The translations under genes and the position numbers were made by a program. From TPA_inf: Saccharomyces (lineage: Eukaryota), in NCBI GenBank assembly GCA_000146045.2, contig BK006941.2, forward strand, positions 704,001-768,000: a DNA stretch of 64,000 nucleotides, in the 5' to 3' direction. Under the pieces are notes generated by a model. The model did no database searches. It worked only from the letters and a program-made list of their open reading frames with translations, and was not told the origin of the DNA. Shown piece after piece: positions 43,950 to 56,700 of this stretch (position 1 is its first letter; every line of letters begins with the position of its first letter).

Positions 43950-46091
43950 TCAAATGTCCAAGTATTCCATGGTGTAAGTGGGTAAGGCTCGCTTCTGAGA
44001 AGTTCCGTTATCAAAGGTTGAGCTAGCAAACCCATGCTGAAAACCTTTCGTATCAATCAAATTCCACAATTCGGTATTTCTTTCAGCAATCTCAACTTGT
44101 TTGTCAATATATAAGGTTAAGTTCTCCAATAGAGCACCTTCTAATGAAAATAGCCCGATAGAATCTAGCACAAGGGACAAGAGTTGAAATAGCTGCGTGC
44201 TTTGGCTAGGGTTGAAGCATTCTGGTGAGCTGTCTTCACCACCGCTTGTTATGAACTCAATGAAATTTTGAACGTCTAATTTACTTAGTTTCTTCATTTC
44301 TTGTTTAATAGAGTCTCTGGTGAAATCCTGCAAAATCCTAAATGAGATATCAAGTAATAGTTCCCTGTTTCTGATAGAAAACAATTCTTCAAGTAGTTCA
44401 TTTAATGGCAAGTTTGGGCATGTTACAATTGCTTGTTTAAATAATCTAGGTTGGTCTCTTAGTAAGGATAGCAAGTTGCGTGTACGACTCAATGGAAACA
44501 ATGGGTGTGTCAATAAAAACGTTAAAGTTTTTGGATAATCATTTCCGCTAAACTTTCCGAAAATTAGATCTAAAACTTTATTCAAAAAGCCAGGATCAGA
44601 AATATATCTATCTTTTTCAGTATAATGTTCTTCTTTGATTTTTAGTTCTTTGAAAAATATGTCATCAAATGATGTAATGTCATTATCTTGAAGGGCTGAA
44701 AGCTTTTCAATAACTTCATTACAGTGGAGGACTGGAACGCTTGAATCCCCGCTGACGTCGTTACATTTCACTCTCTTGTCATTTATGTCTTTATCATCAA
44801 ATAGCGGCTTTAAAATAACTGAGCTATCATTATTTCCAACTTGAAAACTCTTGCCTAATGAGTCCTTCAACGTATTAGTTCCAACATCAATATTAATTAT
44901 TTCTAAGGAAGACGTTGGGTTTGGTCCATTTTTCGTTGAAATACCAATTGCTATTGTTTTTGAATTATGCGACTTTTCTGAATTGATCACTGCAGATTTT
45001 AATAGTTGGAATGTTTTCACGTGAGTTAATTCTCTTTGGCTTAAAGTAGAACAATGCAGTAAGTCTAGTAGATAAATGACGTTGTTTACGGTCAGTAGAA
45101 CTCTGTTTACTGAAACAGGTTGGAAAGAGATTAAGTCATCTCCAGGACTGAGTTTATCCACCATCGGAAATTCAATAACTTGTTGCAATTGGCAATGTGG
45201 TAAAGAGTAAATGTATATTTTCCCCTGGTTCAATTTGTAAAGTTTTCCAAATTGATAACAAAGCTTTGAATTTTCAAAAGAAAATCCTTCGATGATAGTA
45301 GATGATAATTCTTTTATGGGCGAACTTTCTCCACTGCCACAATCTGTTAGCTCGAGCAATTTATAGCAGACTTTATCATCCTGTAATGGACAGAGAACAA
45401 AAACATATTCAGTTCCATTTTCAGTGAACCATTTAGCATATTTTAAGTTATCATAAGATATATCAAATGAATGCAAAAGTGTTAACTTAAAATCAAAAAT
45501 TTCAATCAACCCGTTCTGTAAAATTGCAATTACTAAGCTGTTCTTGGTGTCAATTTTAATACTCATGACTTTGGCTTTCGCCTTGATCTTATACTGAGAT
45601 AAAAATTCGTCTGAACCCGTGTATGCTTTATTGTCAATATCACTCTCACTCAGATGGTCATTTGAGGTATCAGTGGTATCTTCCAGTGCCTTAGTGATAA
45701 CATTTAGCGTATAATTACCCTTATTTACCATTAAACCAAAGGCCCAAATTTCAACATTTCTTTTTTTTTGGGTGTTGATAGTCTTCTCGTTGTTGGCTTC
45801 ATCATCGGTACTGGCTTCTATATTTCCGTCAATGTTCGCTTGACCTTTCTCAGCATTGCATGCCGTGATAATATTTGTAGAGGGTATTGGGTAATCGAAT
45901 GTTAACTTTGGTGTAGGATTAATAATATATTGAGATATAGATGACCCGGAAATACCTAACGTTATGTTATTTGTAGATTCATTAAAGGTGCCATCTGCGA
46001 CTTGAACGTAATCTGCTTGTAAAGAAAAATTGCTCAATGAAGCAATTTTTGGGAGAGTTGCTAGTCTAAATGGTTGAGACAGGGATGGCAT
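43950..46091 (-). CDS. UTP8: U3 snoRNP / SSU processome t-UTP subunit, 713 aa
   Basis: Complete ATG-to-stop ORF of 713 aa, MPSLSQPFRLATLPKIASLS.., which is the length of Utp8. Confidence 0.8.
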   Translation of the reverse strand: MPSLSQPFRLATLPKIASLSNFSLQADYVQVADGTFNESTNNITLGISGSSISQYIINPTPKLTFDYPIPSTNIITACNAEKGQANIDGNIEASTDDEANNEKTINTQKKRNVEIWAFGLMVNKGNYTLNVITKALEDTTDTSNDHLSESDIDNKAYTGSDEFLSQYKIKAKAKVMSIKIDTKNSLVIAILQNGLIEIFDFKLTLLHSFDISYDNLKYAKWFTENGTEYVFVLCPLQDDKVCYKLLELTDCGSGESSPIKELSSTIIEGFSFENSKLCYQFGKLYKLNQGKIYIYSLPHCQLQQVIEFPMVDKLSPGDDLISFQPVSVNRVLLTVNNVIYLLDLLHCSTLSQRELTHVKTFQLLKSAVINSEKSHNSKTIAIGISTKNGPNPTSSLEIINIDVGTNTLKDSLGKSFQVGNNDSSVILKPLFDDKDINDKRVKCNDVSGDSSVPVLHCNEVIEKLSALQDNDITSFDDIFFKELKIKEEHYTEKDRYISDPGFLNKVLDLIFGKFSGNDYPKTLTFLLTHPLFPLSRTRNLLSLLRDQPRLFKQAIVTCPNLPLNELLEELFSIRNRELLLDISFRILQDFTRDSIKQEMKKLSKLDVQNFIEFITSGGEDSSPECFNPSQSTQLFQLLSLVLDSIGLFSLEGALLENLTLYIDKQVEIAERNTELWNLIDTKGFQHGFASSTFDNGTSQKRALPTYTMEYLDI

Positions 46092-46399
46092 TTTGAATCT
46101 TTACTATCCTCCGGAATGATTTGCTGTTCAAGGAGCGCTAGGTGTGACATATAATATTACAAATTTAACAGTGACCTCATCTCATCAAAGTTTTCAAATT
46201 TTTCAGGCATCTGCTACAGCATAATGAAAAAATTTGAAAAATACAGACATTTCCGTGTAGAATGACAAAAAAGCTAGAATATTACTATATTTTCCTTAAA
46301 AGAGCAATATTTGCGATGAGGGGCTCTCAATGACAATGTTTGACTTCTCTATTGAACTGTAAGCGAAGCAAAACCATATCTTGTCAAAGTATTCGAAGA

Positions 46400-47047
46400 A
46401 TGGATTTTTACAAATTAGACGAGAAGCTGAAGGAGTTGAAAAGGAAAAGAGTAGATGTATCTATAAAGAGTAGGAAGTTGGCTGACAGAGAGATTCAGGA
46501 AGTAAGCGCAAATCGAAAACCAAGAGTATACAGTATGGAAGACGTAAATGATGCAGATGAATCAGTAGGAGATACAGAAAGTCCTGAAAAAGAGAAAGCA
46601 TTTCATTACACTGTCCAAGAATATGATGCGTGGGAACGTAGGCATCCTCAAGGGAAGACTGGGCAAAGCCAAAGAGGTGGAATTTCCTATGATCAACTTG
46701 CAAAATTGAGTTATGAGAAGACCTTGCGGAATCTCGCTACGCAAACACAGAATTCGAGCAAACAGGATAGTTCCGCCGATGAAGAAGACAATAAAAACGT
46801 ACCCAAGAAGGGTAGAATCGGCAAGGTACAGAAGGACACTAAGACGGGTAAGATAACAATTGCAGATGACGACAAGCTAGTTAATAAGTTGGCCGTTTCT
46901 TTGCAATCTGAGTCGAAAAAAAGATACGAAGCAAGAAAAAGACAAATGCAAAATGCAAAAACACTGTATGGGGTTGAAAGCTTCATTAATGACAAAAATA
47001 AACAATTCAATGAAAAATTGAGCAGGGAATCAAAAGGATCAGAATAA
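46400..47047 (+). CDS. SYF2: NineTeen-complex splicing factor, 215 aa from the first ATG; the ORF track starts 20 codons upstream at TTG
   Basis: The first ATG, at 46400, gives [17 protein letters not shown].., a highly charged small protein matching Syf2. Confidence 0.8.
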
Positions 47048-47393
47048 GCTTCTCTTTTATTTAGAATATACCGATATAACCAAAGGAAAGTTTTAATACC
47101 CTGGATTTTTCATCGACCGTCACGTGACGAGCTGAGGTTAAATGCCCGCAAAAGTGCTTCAGAAGAGAGTCCATCTTACTCGGTTATTTGAGCACGAAAC
47201 ACTAGAGAATAACTAACTGGTTGATAAATTGTTGATTGAGTAAATATTGGTACATAAAACGGTTACAAAGAGAGGTAGATTAGGAAGGGTGAAAATAATC
47301 AAAGGATAACTTGATGATACTCGACAAAGAATAGAAGAGAAAAATAAAATAGAGGTGGGATATTCCTTGAACAAAAGTGGAATATTATTTTTT

Positions 47394-49296
47394 TTAGGCA
47401 TACATGACGTCTTCCTCAGTATGATATTCATACAAGGAATCGTCCTTTGGAAGGACGCTCGTATTCTTTTGTGAACGGTCATTTGGTATTTTGTGGTTTT
47501 CAGCCGCGTGTATACCTTCAGCTTGTTTGTGCTGCCTACTCAATATTTCTTGCTTCAAGGCCTCATCAGCGTTTTTCTGGCGAGTTTGTTCCTCGATAGC
47601 CTTTTCAGCTTGTAATCGCGTTCTTTCCCTCTTGACTGCCTCCAGTTCTTTCTCTTCGGTTGCCAGCTTATCCTGTAGTTCAGTCAATTGGTCATTATAG
47701 GTTTGCTTGACTTGAGTAATTTGCTGCTCATGATCTAATTGAGCCTGATGCGCTTGTTCCTCCAGCTCTTGGCGCTGTTTTTCCAATAAGTTCTCTTCTT
47801 TGCGTTTTCTTTCTTCAGCTTCTAGCTTCAACTGTTCTTCATGAGCGCGGCGCTCATCTTCGAGTCTTTTGGTAATTGCCGATAGTTGAGTTTTTTCATT
47901 GGCGTTTTCCTGCTTGATTATGGTCACTTCGTTCAATAAGCTTGATATTTGATTATCAATATCATTAATTTGTGGAAGATATTCCTTGTTCTCTACACTT
48001 TCCAAAACTTGTACATTTTTTTCATGCAGCTTCTTATTTTCTTCAGTTTGGGTAACCAAATCCTCCTTTTTCTTTTCCAGATTATCGATTTCGTTTTGAA
48101 CTTTGCCTTGTTTCAAATTAATCTGGTTAATCTTAAAGATCTGAGCATCCAACTGTTGAGATAAGTTACTTAAGTTCGTGGTCCAGTCATTGAACTCCTT
48201 TTGGACATTCGTTTTCTCATTGTTCAAATCATCGATTTCTGACTTAACGTTGGTTTGTTTGTCCAAGACCTCATTTTTCTCCTGCAACTTTTGGTTTTTC
48301 ATATTTTCAGTGTCTTTTAATATCATTAGTTTCTTATTATTATGCTCGGCATTAACATCAATGATTTTTTTGACCAACCGGTTTTTACTAACTTCAATTT
48401 TCTCAGAAGTTTCTTCTCTCATGGCCTTCATTGAATTTTCAATTTCGTCAATCTGATTTTGTAAATCTTGTAGCTTTTCTTTGTATTCTTTATTTTTAGC
48501 ATCATATTTATCCTTTTCCTTTGCTCGAAGATCAGCTAACCATGCTTGATGAATTTTTTCATCATAATTGATTTTATCATAAACTGCCTTTGATAGGTAA
48601 CCATGTTCTTTTGTCTTTACAATTAATTCAGGATTTTCTGGAGTGGCCACTGGATTGGATGGAGCGGCGGTCTTACTTTTTTGGGTAGATGAAGAAGTAG
48701 GGCTTTTCCATAAAGCGAAAATTCCGGTTCTTTCCTTTCGAGAAGGTTCCTGAAAAGGGACCTTGGGAGCCTTGCTTGGATCGATTGGGCTTTCATCTTC
48801 TTCGGATTCCGGTTCCGAGGTTTCTGGAGTAGACGTTCTCTCAGCAGATTCCTCTGCAGACGATTGTTCGGTTTCCTCTTCTGCATCCCCTTCCGCTTCC
48901 ACTTCCTTTTTTTCTTCCCCACTGGGAGGATTGACTTTTTTTACATCGGATTTTTCCTCCTTTTGTTCGTCTGTTGGCACGACACCTGACTTTGAACCGC
49001 CACTTTGATCTGTAGTGCGTGGTTCCAACACCCCATTCTCGGATGAGATTGGTTCCGCTACATTAATTTGAGCTGAATCAGCAGTGCCTTTGCCAATTGA
49101 AGTAGACTCACTCACTTTGTCTTCATGTTCTTCCTCCACGGAAGTTGCTTCATCAGCACTATTTTCGACAGCATTAGTAGTAGAAGTGCTGGTAGTAGAA
49201 GTACTGGTGGTAGTGGTTGTCGTAGTTGCAGTGTCAGCAGTTGCTTCAGTGGCCTCAGATGTGGTAGTAGAAGTAACGTCCCCTTCATCTGATGAA

Positions 49297-49334
<38 letters not shown>

Positions 49335-49844
49335 TGATGTAGAAGTGGACGAAGAAGTAGTAGTGTCAGTGTCATCTTTTTCATCCTTAGTTAAGTCAGT
49401 AATTTTCTGGCACTTCTTCAAATATTTCAAATGTTTCTCCTTTAGTTCCAACTCAGTTAGTAACTGATATTGTCTTTCTTCATTTTGAGTTAGGTAAGTT
49501 GGAAATCTAATATCTTTGGCTCTCTTAGCATTTTTTGGTATGTTTTTGTACCCTAAATCCTTAGGTTGCTGTTTTGAATAGGCAGAAGTAGCACTTACGG
49601 TAGGAAACTTTCTGTTTTTTGCGTCTTCCCCATATGCCCGGTTGTTTTGCCTATTGGCGAGGGCATCTTGTCTAAATGGCGAGACCCACTCTTCCTTACC
49701 TTTTGGCTCATTGGACACAACCTTTTGCAAAAACTGATAAGGGCTTTCCTGCTGATGCGCTTGCTGATTTTGCGTATTTGCCGAAGATTGATTGATCAAT
49801 TGCGTAAAGGGGTCGTCTTCTTGACGGTTGATATTGAATAGCAT
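47394..49844 (-). CDS. YGR130C: Protein of 816 aa with an S/T/D/E-rich low-complexity N-terminal half and a C-terminal coiled coil; recalled as eisosome-associated
   Basis: Complete ATG ORF. It includes a long Ser run (SSSTSTSSSSSSSSSSSSSSSSSD) and heptad-rich sequence over the last ~350 aa. Confidence 0.8.
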
Positions 49845-50725
49845 GTTTTGAATACGTAGTTGATTGACCTCTTTCTTTTAATTGCGTGCAGCTGCTCTCA
49901 GGTTTAAGATGTACGAGGGTCCACGGGGTAGCAAGCACAAGAACGATGATATATATGACAGAACGATGGATAAGAATGGTATGTTGTCTGCACTGTTCAG
50001 CATTCGACTACCCCTCTCCCGGTTCTTTTCTCCTCGTTTCAATTTAAAAAAGCAACTCGCTACCCGGCCGCACACCCCTTATTCCTGTTCAGCCGTTTAA
50101 GGTGAGAACCCTTTACTTCATAGCCTTTGTAGATCTTTCTATTGCTACCATTGAAGGGTCGGTGACGTGGAAATTTTGACATTTATCAGTGGCGTATTGG
50201 GAGGCAAGCAATTGAAAGAACTGTGATTTATTTCCGCTTGTTCGAAATTATTGATGTTTAGCACTTTGCAGTAGCGACAATACAATATATGTGCTTTTAG
50301 TGCTGGGATAGTTCGTAGCTCCATTTCGGGGCGCTTGTTACATTTATTGTATATGCGCGGATGTGGCACATGCTGTTGAGATCTCACTCCTTTGGTATCT
50401 CTTTCCTGCGCCGCATTGTGCCGGCAGAATGTCGCGCTTGTATTCTCATGAACTTTTCCTCTTTACGAACCCTTTGGCGGCATGCCGTTTAAAATCTGTT
50501 GAAGATTTCCTTTACGAACAATGAGCAATGTTTTGCACAGGCAGGTGGGAAGTAGGGCCTATCGCGCCTTGGATGCAGATATAAGTATAAATATAAATTA
50601 TAATAATTGGCTGTATCAGTAAATCCTTCTTGCGATGGGAGGAAGCACGATAGAGTATGTTAAGCTTTTGAGAGGCTTCATATTCATTGGAATTTTAAAT
50701 AACAATAAAGCAACAACAATAATAA

Positions 50726-51250
50726 ATGCTATCAGCTGCAGATAATTTAGTGCGCATCATAAATGCTGTTTTTCTTATTATATCCATAGGTCTAATCAGC
50801 GGCCTGATAGGTACACAGACAAAGCATAGTTCTCGAGTGAACTTTTGTATGTTTGCCGCCGTTTATGGTCTGGTTACGGATTCATTATATGGGTTTTTGG
50901 CTAATTTCTGGACATCATTAACATACCCAGCAATTTTGCTTGTTTTGGATTTTTTAAATTTCATATTTACGTTTGTAGCAGCCACCGCTTTGGCTGTAGG
51001 TATAAGATGCCATTCGTGTAAAAACAAAACATATCTGGAACAGAATAAGATCATACAAGGCTCAAGCTCCAGATGTCATCAATCTCAGGCTGCTGTTGCG
51101 TTTTTTTACTTTTCCTGTTTTCTATTCCTCATCAAAGTGACTGTGGCCACGATGGGTATGATGCAAAATGGTGGATTTGGCTCTAATACCGGATTCAGCA
51201 GAAGGAGGGCAAGAAGACAAATGGGCATACCTACAATTTCCCAGGTTTAA
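50726..51250 (+). CDS. FHN1: Nce102-family MARVEL-like four-transmembrane protein, 174 aa
   Basis: Complete ATG ORF of 174 aa with four hydrophobic segments. Nce102 homologue on chromosome VII. Confidence 0.8.
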   Translation: MLSAADNLVRIINAVFLIISIGLISGLIGTQTKHSSRVNFCMFAAVYGLVTDSLYGFLANFWTSLTYPAILLVLDFLNFIFTFVAATALAVGIRCHSCKNKTYLEQNKIIQGSSSRCHQSQAAVAFFYFSCFLFLIKVTVATMGMMQNGGFGSNTGFSRRRARRQMGIPTISQV

Positions 51251-51588
51251 GCCTACTGGACTGAAAAAAAGGCAATTCGCGTACAATTTTCGTTGATCGT
51301 TCTTTATATAACCTTTGCATTAAATAAATTTAACAAAAAAAGTTCTTTCTAAAATAATATTATGGTGATACATGAATGTGCTTTAGTTTTTTCGTAGGCT
51401 CATCCATGTATATATATAAATGATAAAAAACTAAGTTACGATATTGATAGCATACGTATTCGTGTTGGTAACTAAATGGAAAGATGGAATATGTTATTGG
51501 CGTTGTTATCCCCCATATATACAGGTTTCTAATATGATTAAAAAAAAATTTTCTCCCCTAGTTTATTGTGTTCATAGCTTTTCCAGAC

Positions 51589-52452
51589 TTAACGGCCAAT
51601 GTTCAAAAGCAAGGAATTTGGTGATCCCGAAGACTCGCTGTTACCACCACCAGAATGTTGACTTGGTAAATAGACAACGTTAGATGAGTTTGCTAATGTT
51701 TGAGCGATGTCCTTAGAAGCTTCTAATCTTCTAATCAATAACAGACCATCACCAACTTTAGCTAAGGCTTTTGAAATGAATTCAGCACTTTCTGCTTCAC
51801 CTTCAGCTCTGATAACAGAAGCTTGTCTCTCTTGCTCTGCCTTTTCGACAAGGAATTTGGCTCTTTCGGCATCTTGCTGTGCAATCTGCTTCTGCTCAAC
51901 TGCTTTCGTGAATTCGGGACCAAACGTCATATGAGTGATAGAGACATCTTCCAACTTAATACCGAATTCGTTGGCCCTCGTAGAAAGCTCTTTTCTGATT
52001 TTTTGAGAAATAATTTCTCTCTGAGTAATTAACTCAGCAGCATCAAATTGAGCTACTATAGACTTTAAAACCTCATTGCCGATAGATGGTAACACTCTTT
52101 CGTCGTAATCGAGACCCAAATTTTGGTATATTGCGGGTAGCTGTAAGACCTCTGGTCTATGTAAGACTCTCAAGGTCAATGACACCATTTGCAAATCCTT
52201 CGTACCAGTATTGGTAGCAATGCTCTTTGGTTTCGTCCTCACATCGTATATGATCGCCTTCTGTAGCCAAGGCACCAAGAAATGAGTGCCTTCACCCACA
52301 ACCTGTTGCTTTACACCATTGATTCTGTCGAAAATAACACCACGAGAACCACCCTTCACATCATACATGGAGTACTGAATCCCGCTAGCAATTATACCAA
52401 TGGGCAACGCCACCTTGGTGATGACATCGATAAGTTTGGCAGAATTAGACAT
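51589..52452 (-). CDS. PHB1: Prohibitin subunit 1 (SPFH/Band-7 family), 287 aa
   Basis: Complete ORF with SPFH-domain sequence (ALPIGIIASGIQYSMYDVKGGSRGVIFDR.., coiled-coil C-terminus). Confidence 0.9.
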   Translation of the reverse strand: MSNSAKLIDVITKVALPIGIIASGIQYSMYDVKGGSRGVIFDRINGVKQQVVGEGTHFLVPWLQKAIIYDVRTKPKSIATNTGTKDLQMVSLTLRVLHRPEVLQLPAIYQNLGLDYDERVLPSIGNEVLKSIVAQFDAAELITQREIISQKIRKELSTRANEFGIKLEDVSITHMTFGPEFTKAVEQKQIAQQDAERAKFLVEKAEQERQASVIRAEGEAESAEFISKALAKVGDGLLLIRRLEASKDIAQTLANSSNVVYLPSQHSGGGNSESSGSPNSLLLNIGR

Positions 52453-52895
52453 TCTTTTCTAAAGTAAATTATTGATTTTGAATGTAAGTTTCGTACCGTT
52501 GATGGTTGGTTTACCGATTTATTTTTTTTCCTCTTCTTTCTGCTTAATATTATATACCTCAACCGTTGCATCCATGAGATCGTCAAACTCCCTTTCCCTG
52601 AAATTTATTGATGCGATACATTCGCGTTACCCGTATCATCATGAAGACGAGTTTATTCTCATCAGTGTTGATCTCTCATACTTGAATAACTCATTTGCAA
52701 TGGTCTAAGACTCCAACTATGTAGTCATAGTCATTCACTGAAGTTTCTCTTTTCGAAATCCTGAACGGAAGCGGAATATATGTGGTATATATCGCATATT
52801 ACTGCTTCACAGCATGCAGCGCAGACTGGCCGGGTTATGCTGCCACTTACTGGAGACAACATAAAATATACATAATCATCGCCTTTATACATAAT

Positions 52896-53447
52896 ATGCC
52901 AAACTTCTGGATTCTTGAGAATCGTAGGAGCTATACGTCTGATACATGTATGTCGAGGATCGTGAAGGAGTACAAAGTCATACTGAAAACATTGGCCAGT
53001 GATGACCCCATAGCGAACCCCTACCGGGGGATAATCGAGTCACTTAACCCGATTGACGAAACCGACTTGAGCAAGTGGGAAGCTATAATTTCTGGGCCGT
53101 CAGACACACCTTATGAAAATCATCAGTTTCGAATACTAATAGAAGTCCCTAGTTCCTACCCCATGAATCCACCAAAGATAAGTTTTATGCAGAACAATAT
53201 TTTGCACTGCAATGTTAAATCAGCCACAGGAGAAATATGTCTGAACATCCTTAAACCAGAGGAGTGGACTCCTGTATGGGATTTGTTACACTGTGTTCAT
53301 GCTGTTTGGAGACTCCTAAGGGAACCCGTTTGTGATTCTCCACTTGACGTAGACATTGGTAATATCATCCGCTGTGGCGATATGAGTGCCTATCAGGGGA
53401 TTGTAAAGTACTTCCTAGCAGAAAGAGAGCGGATCAACAACCATTGA
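52896..53447 (+). CDS. PEX4: Peroxisomal ubiquitin-conjugating enzyme E2 (Ubc10), 183 aa from the first ATG; the ORF track starts 38 codons upstream at GTG
   Basis: The first ATG, at 52896, gives MPNFWILENRR.. A UBC fold with the catalytic Cys in ..TGEICLNILK.. is present. Confidence 0.85.
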   Translation: MPNFWILENRRSYTSDTCMSRIVKEYKVILKTLASDDPIANPYRGIIESLNPIDETDLSKWEAIISGPSDTPYENHQFRILIEVPSSYPMNPPKISFMQNNILHCNVKSATGEICLNILKPEEWTPVWDLLHCVHAVWRLLREPVCDSPLDVDIGNIIRCGDMSAYQGIVKYFLAERERINNH

Positions 53448-53769
53448 TACCACGTAGGATGGATGTGTTCGAATGGCAAACAATGGGCCCTCACTTTTAT
53501 CTGATGCAATTTCTACCTTACCCGGGCAGCGCCAATTTATGAATACAAATACTTTAACAAATTGCACTATTGATGTATTGACACATTTGTATATACATAT
53601 ACATATATTAATAAGGAGCACGAATTTTTGACAAGTAGTGCACGCAATATCTACATTAGTTAGCTTTTCCATTGACGCTGAATTTTATTTTGGCAGCCCA
53701 GTAGATCGTTGAGGAGCTTTTTTCAAACACTTTTTCTCTCTTAACTCCACATACTTACGTAAGAAAGTG

Positions 53770-56700
53770 ATGACGAAAAAGAAAGCAGCTACTAATTATG
53801 CTGAAAGGCAAAATTTAGCCAGTGAAGATTCTTCAGGTGATTCGGTTCATTTTAAGGACTTTATTCCCTTACAAGAGTTACTGAAAGATAAAAATTATGT
53901 TCCATCGGTGGAAAATTTGGAGAAGATCTTATATAATGAAACCATGTTTAATGATCAGAAAATATGCTCTAACCTATTGCTTGAGGCTCTCATAATTACG
54001 TTGTTCACAACAATTTCAGGGAAGTCAGCTTTACGATTAATTCAGACTTCTTCTTTGAAGGAAAGAAAATCCTGGGCCCAGTCCTTTGAAAATAACAGTT
54101 CTAGCTATGCTTCCATAGTACTGAGTTGGAAAGATAATGATATATTACTCCTGAAATTCTTAAGGTTTTTATTAGCAAATAAAACGGCCCCTCTTCAAAT
54201 TAATCGGTACAATCTTCCAGAATACAAACTCCCGTTGAGCTTTTTAATTGTTTCAAAAATTACTATTCCGTCCATATTACTCAATGAAACGTATAATTTG
54301 TTAAAGGACTATTTGTATTCGATAACTGGCCGTATAGAGAGTTTGATAAGCTGCAGCTCCACATTTGATAAGCCAGCACTTGTCGTTAGAAAAATTTTAA
54401 AAGATTACAATAGAATGATAGAATGCCGAAATTTTTATTTCTGGTATTCCTTTAATGCTGAGAACAGAGTAAATCTTACTTTTAGTGATAACATTAGCCT
54501 GTTAATGGAAAATGATGAAGGCAATGCTGGAAGTGGCCTTGACGATAGCCGTTTTGATCATCAAAAACAACCGAGAGAGGCGATAATGGGCCGAACAATA
54601 AATGACCAGGAACAAATATATTCATTCGAACTGAACCAAGATGGAACGCTTGAAATACCCAACGTTATGGAGCATTCTTTACTAAGACACGAGCTTCTTT
54701 TTAAAATATTAAATCTCACTACGGTATTGACGCCATTATTGGAACTACAATTTTCTACGCTATGTGGCTTAGTAGATCCATTAATGCAGCCTACTCCCAA
54801 TGATAAGCATATTATATCGATAGACTTTCTTTTTCAGCTTTTTTTGGGATTAATGTCTCAGTCGATCAAGACTTCTCAAGAACACAACGACCATTATGAC
54901 TGGAAATTTTATATGTGTTTTAACATGCAAAAAATTATTGATGCTACCATGTTGAGGCTCAACTGCTTTGATTTTGATATATTAAACTCGGTAAACAATA
55001 CAGATAATGCAGTTCATTGGAAGACGCAACTTCACAGATGGCTACCGCATGGCCTGAATACACAAGACTTGGAATTACTCTATATGATTGATATACTGGC
55101 GGTATATACCATCTACAAGTTGTATGAAAAAATACCTATACAACTAAACCCATTTTTATTTTCATTAATATCCTTATGGAAAAACCTCTCCTGTGTTATA
55201 CTTTTAGCCTTAGAAATTGATAGAATTGAAGAGGAGAATGGCACTTACGAAACGCCGCTTATGGTTCGCGCCACAATTCGTGGAGCCGCAGCATTGAGGT
55301 CTGTAATAGCTACCGTTCTCAATGGATTAGTGAAAAATAATGATCATGATTTCAAGCACGAGTCTTTAAACACATTCATGTCGCCCTATGGAAGAAAATT
55401 GTGTCATGGTGCTTTATATGCCGATTTAAGGTCACATACTGCATCTCTACTTGCGCTTGGAGCAAGCATCGAAGATGTAACAGATTTATTTGCCGATTTA
55501 CAGTCAGGTGATAGATTTGATGAGGATATTAGATATATGTTTGATTATGAATGTGAAGATTATGATGAATCTTTCTCTGAAAGCGATCATGGAGGATTGG
55601 ATGAAAGCGTTGTTAACCCAACAGAAAAAATAGCATCTGGTAGTAATAATGTTTTCTTTCGGAGACGGTGCAATTGCATCTTCAATGATGATAAGTTGGT
55701 GGCAGAGGATGGTGCAAATGAAGCCTTTGGGTCAACAAATAGCGAAAACGTTGAAGGCGCAATGCATAATAATAGGAATGCGGTACATAACGCGACTACA
55801 GCCACTTCTGATCACGTCGTTACGTCACCTAACCCACTTTCCGTTAGATCAAGAAGTACTTTTGAATTTGACTATAGTGGGGAAGATTGGAGGGACGTTC
55901 CCAGAGATTTCAATATGTACTATTCGCCATCTTATTCATTCATCCATGAGCCTAAGTTAGATGTCATATTTAGTTTGACTCTACGTGGCGCAACAGAAAA
56001 GTTGAATAAGGAGGAATCCATATTGTTAGTGCGTTCAGTTGCATCGTGTGTAAGGAACGAGCAGGACCAAATGATTTTAGCAGACCTGGAGTCTAATTTT
56101 TCCGCAAGTATAAACGGCGATGTAGAAGGTGAAGGAAATACCAAAATGTCCAAGATAGATAATGAAGATCTCAGAAGAACCACGCCGGATGATATTTATG
56201 AAATATGGTCTGAAGAATCAGCATTTGAAAGGATGCTAAACGTGAATCACGACGTTGCGTGGAGATTAATGGATGAAATGTTAATGTGCACCGGTTATAG
56301 GAGAATATTGATATGGTTCCTTACGCATTTGGAGTTAAAACATTCGTTGATATATTACGTTTTTGAACTAATAATGGGGTTACGTGGAAAACCGTTTTCC
56401 GGAGAAGCCAGTGATCAAGATAAAAAGGATGATATGATATATGAGATCTTGAAGAAAAAGCAGAAGAATGAAGATGCTTCAGGACTTCCCTTTTCAAGGC
56501 AAGGACCTATCGTATTATCTGATATTGAGACTAAAATGTTACTGCAGGAGTTTTTTATGAATGCTGCTATTTTTTTGTCATCAAAAAATAACGAAGAAGA
56601 GAATGAAGACGGCGAGAAAATCTCCTTGTACTCCCTTGGTTTGGTTAGGTTGATCTGTTACATGGTGCAGACACTCATCGCGAACGACAAGTTTTTTTTT

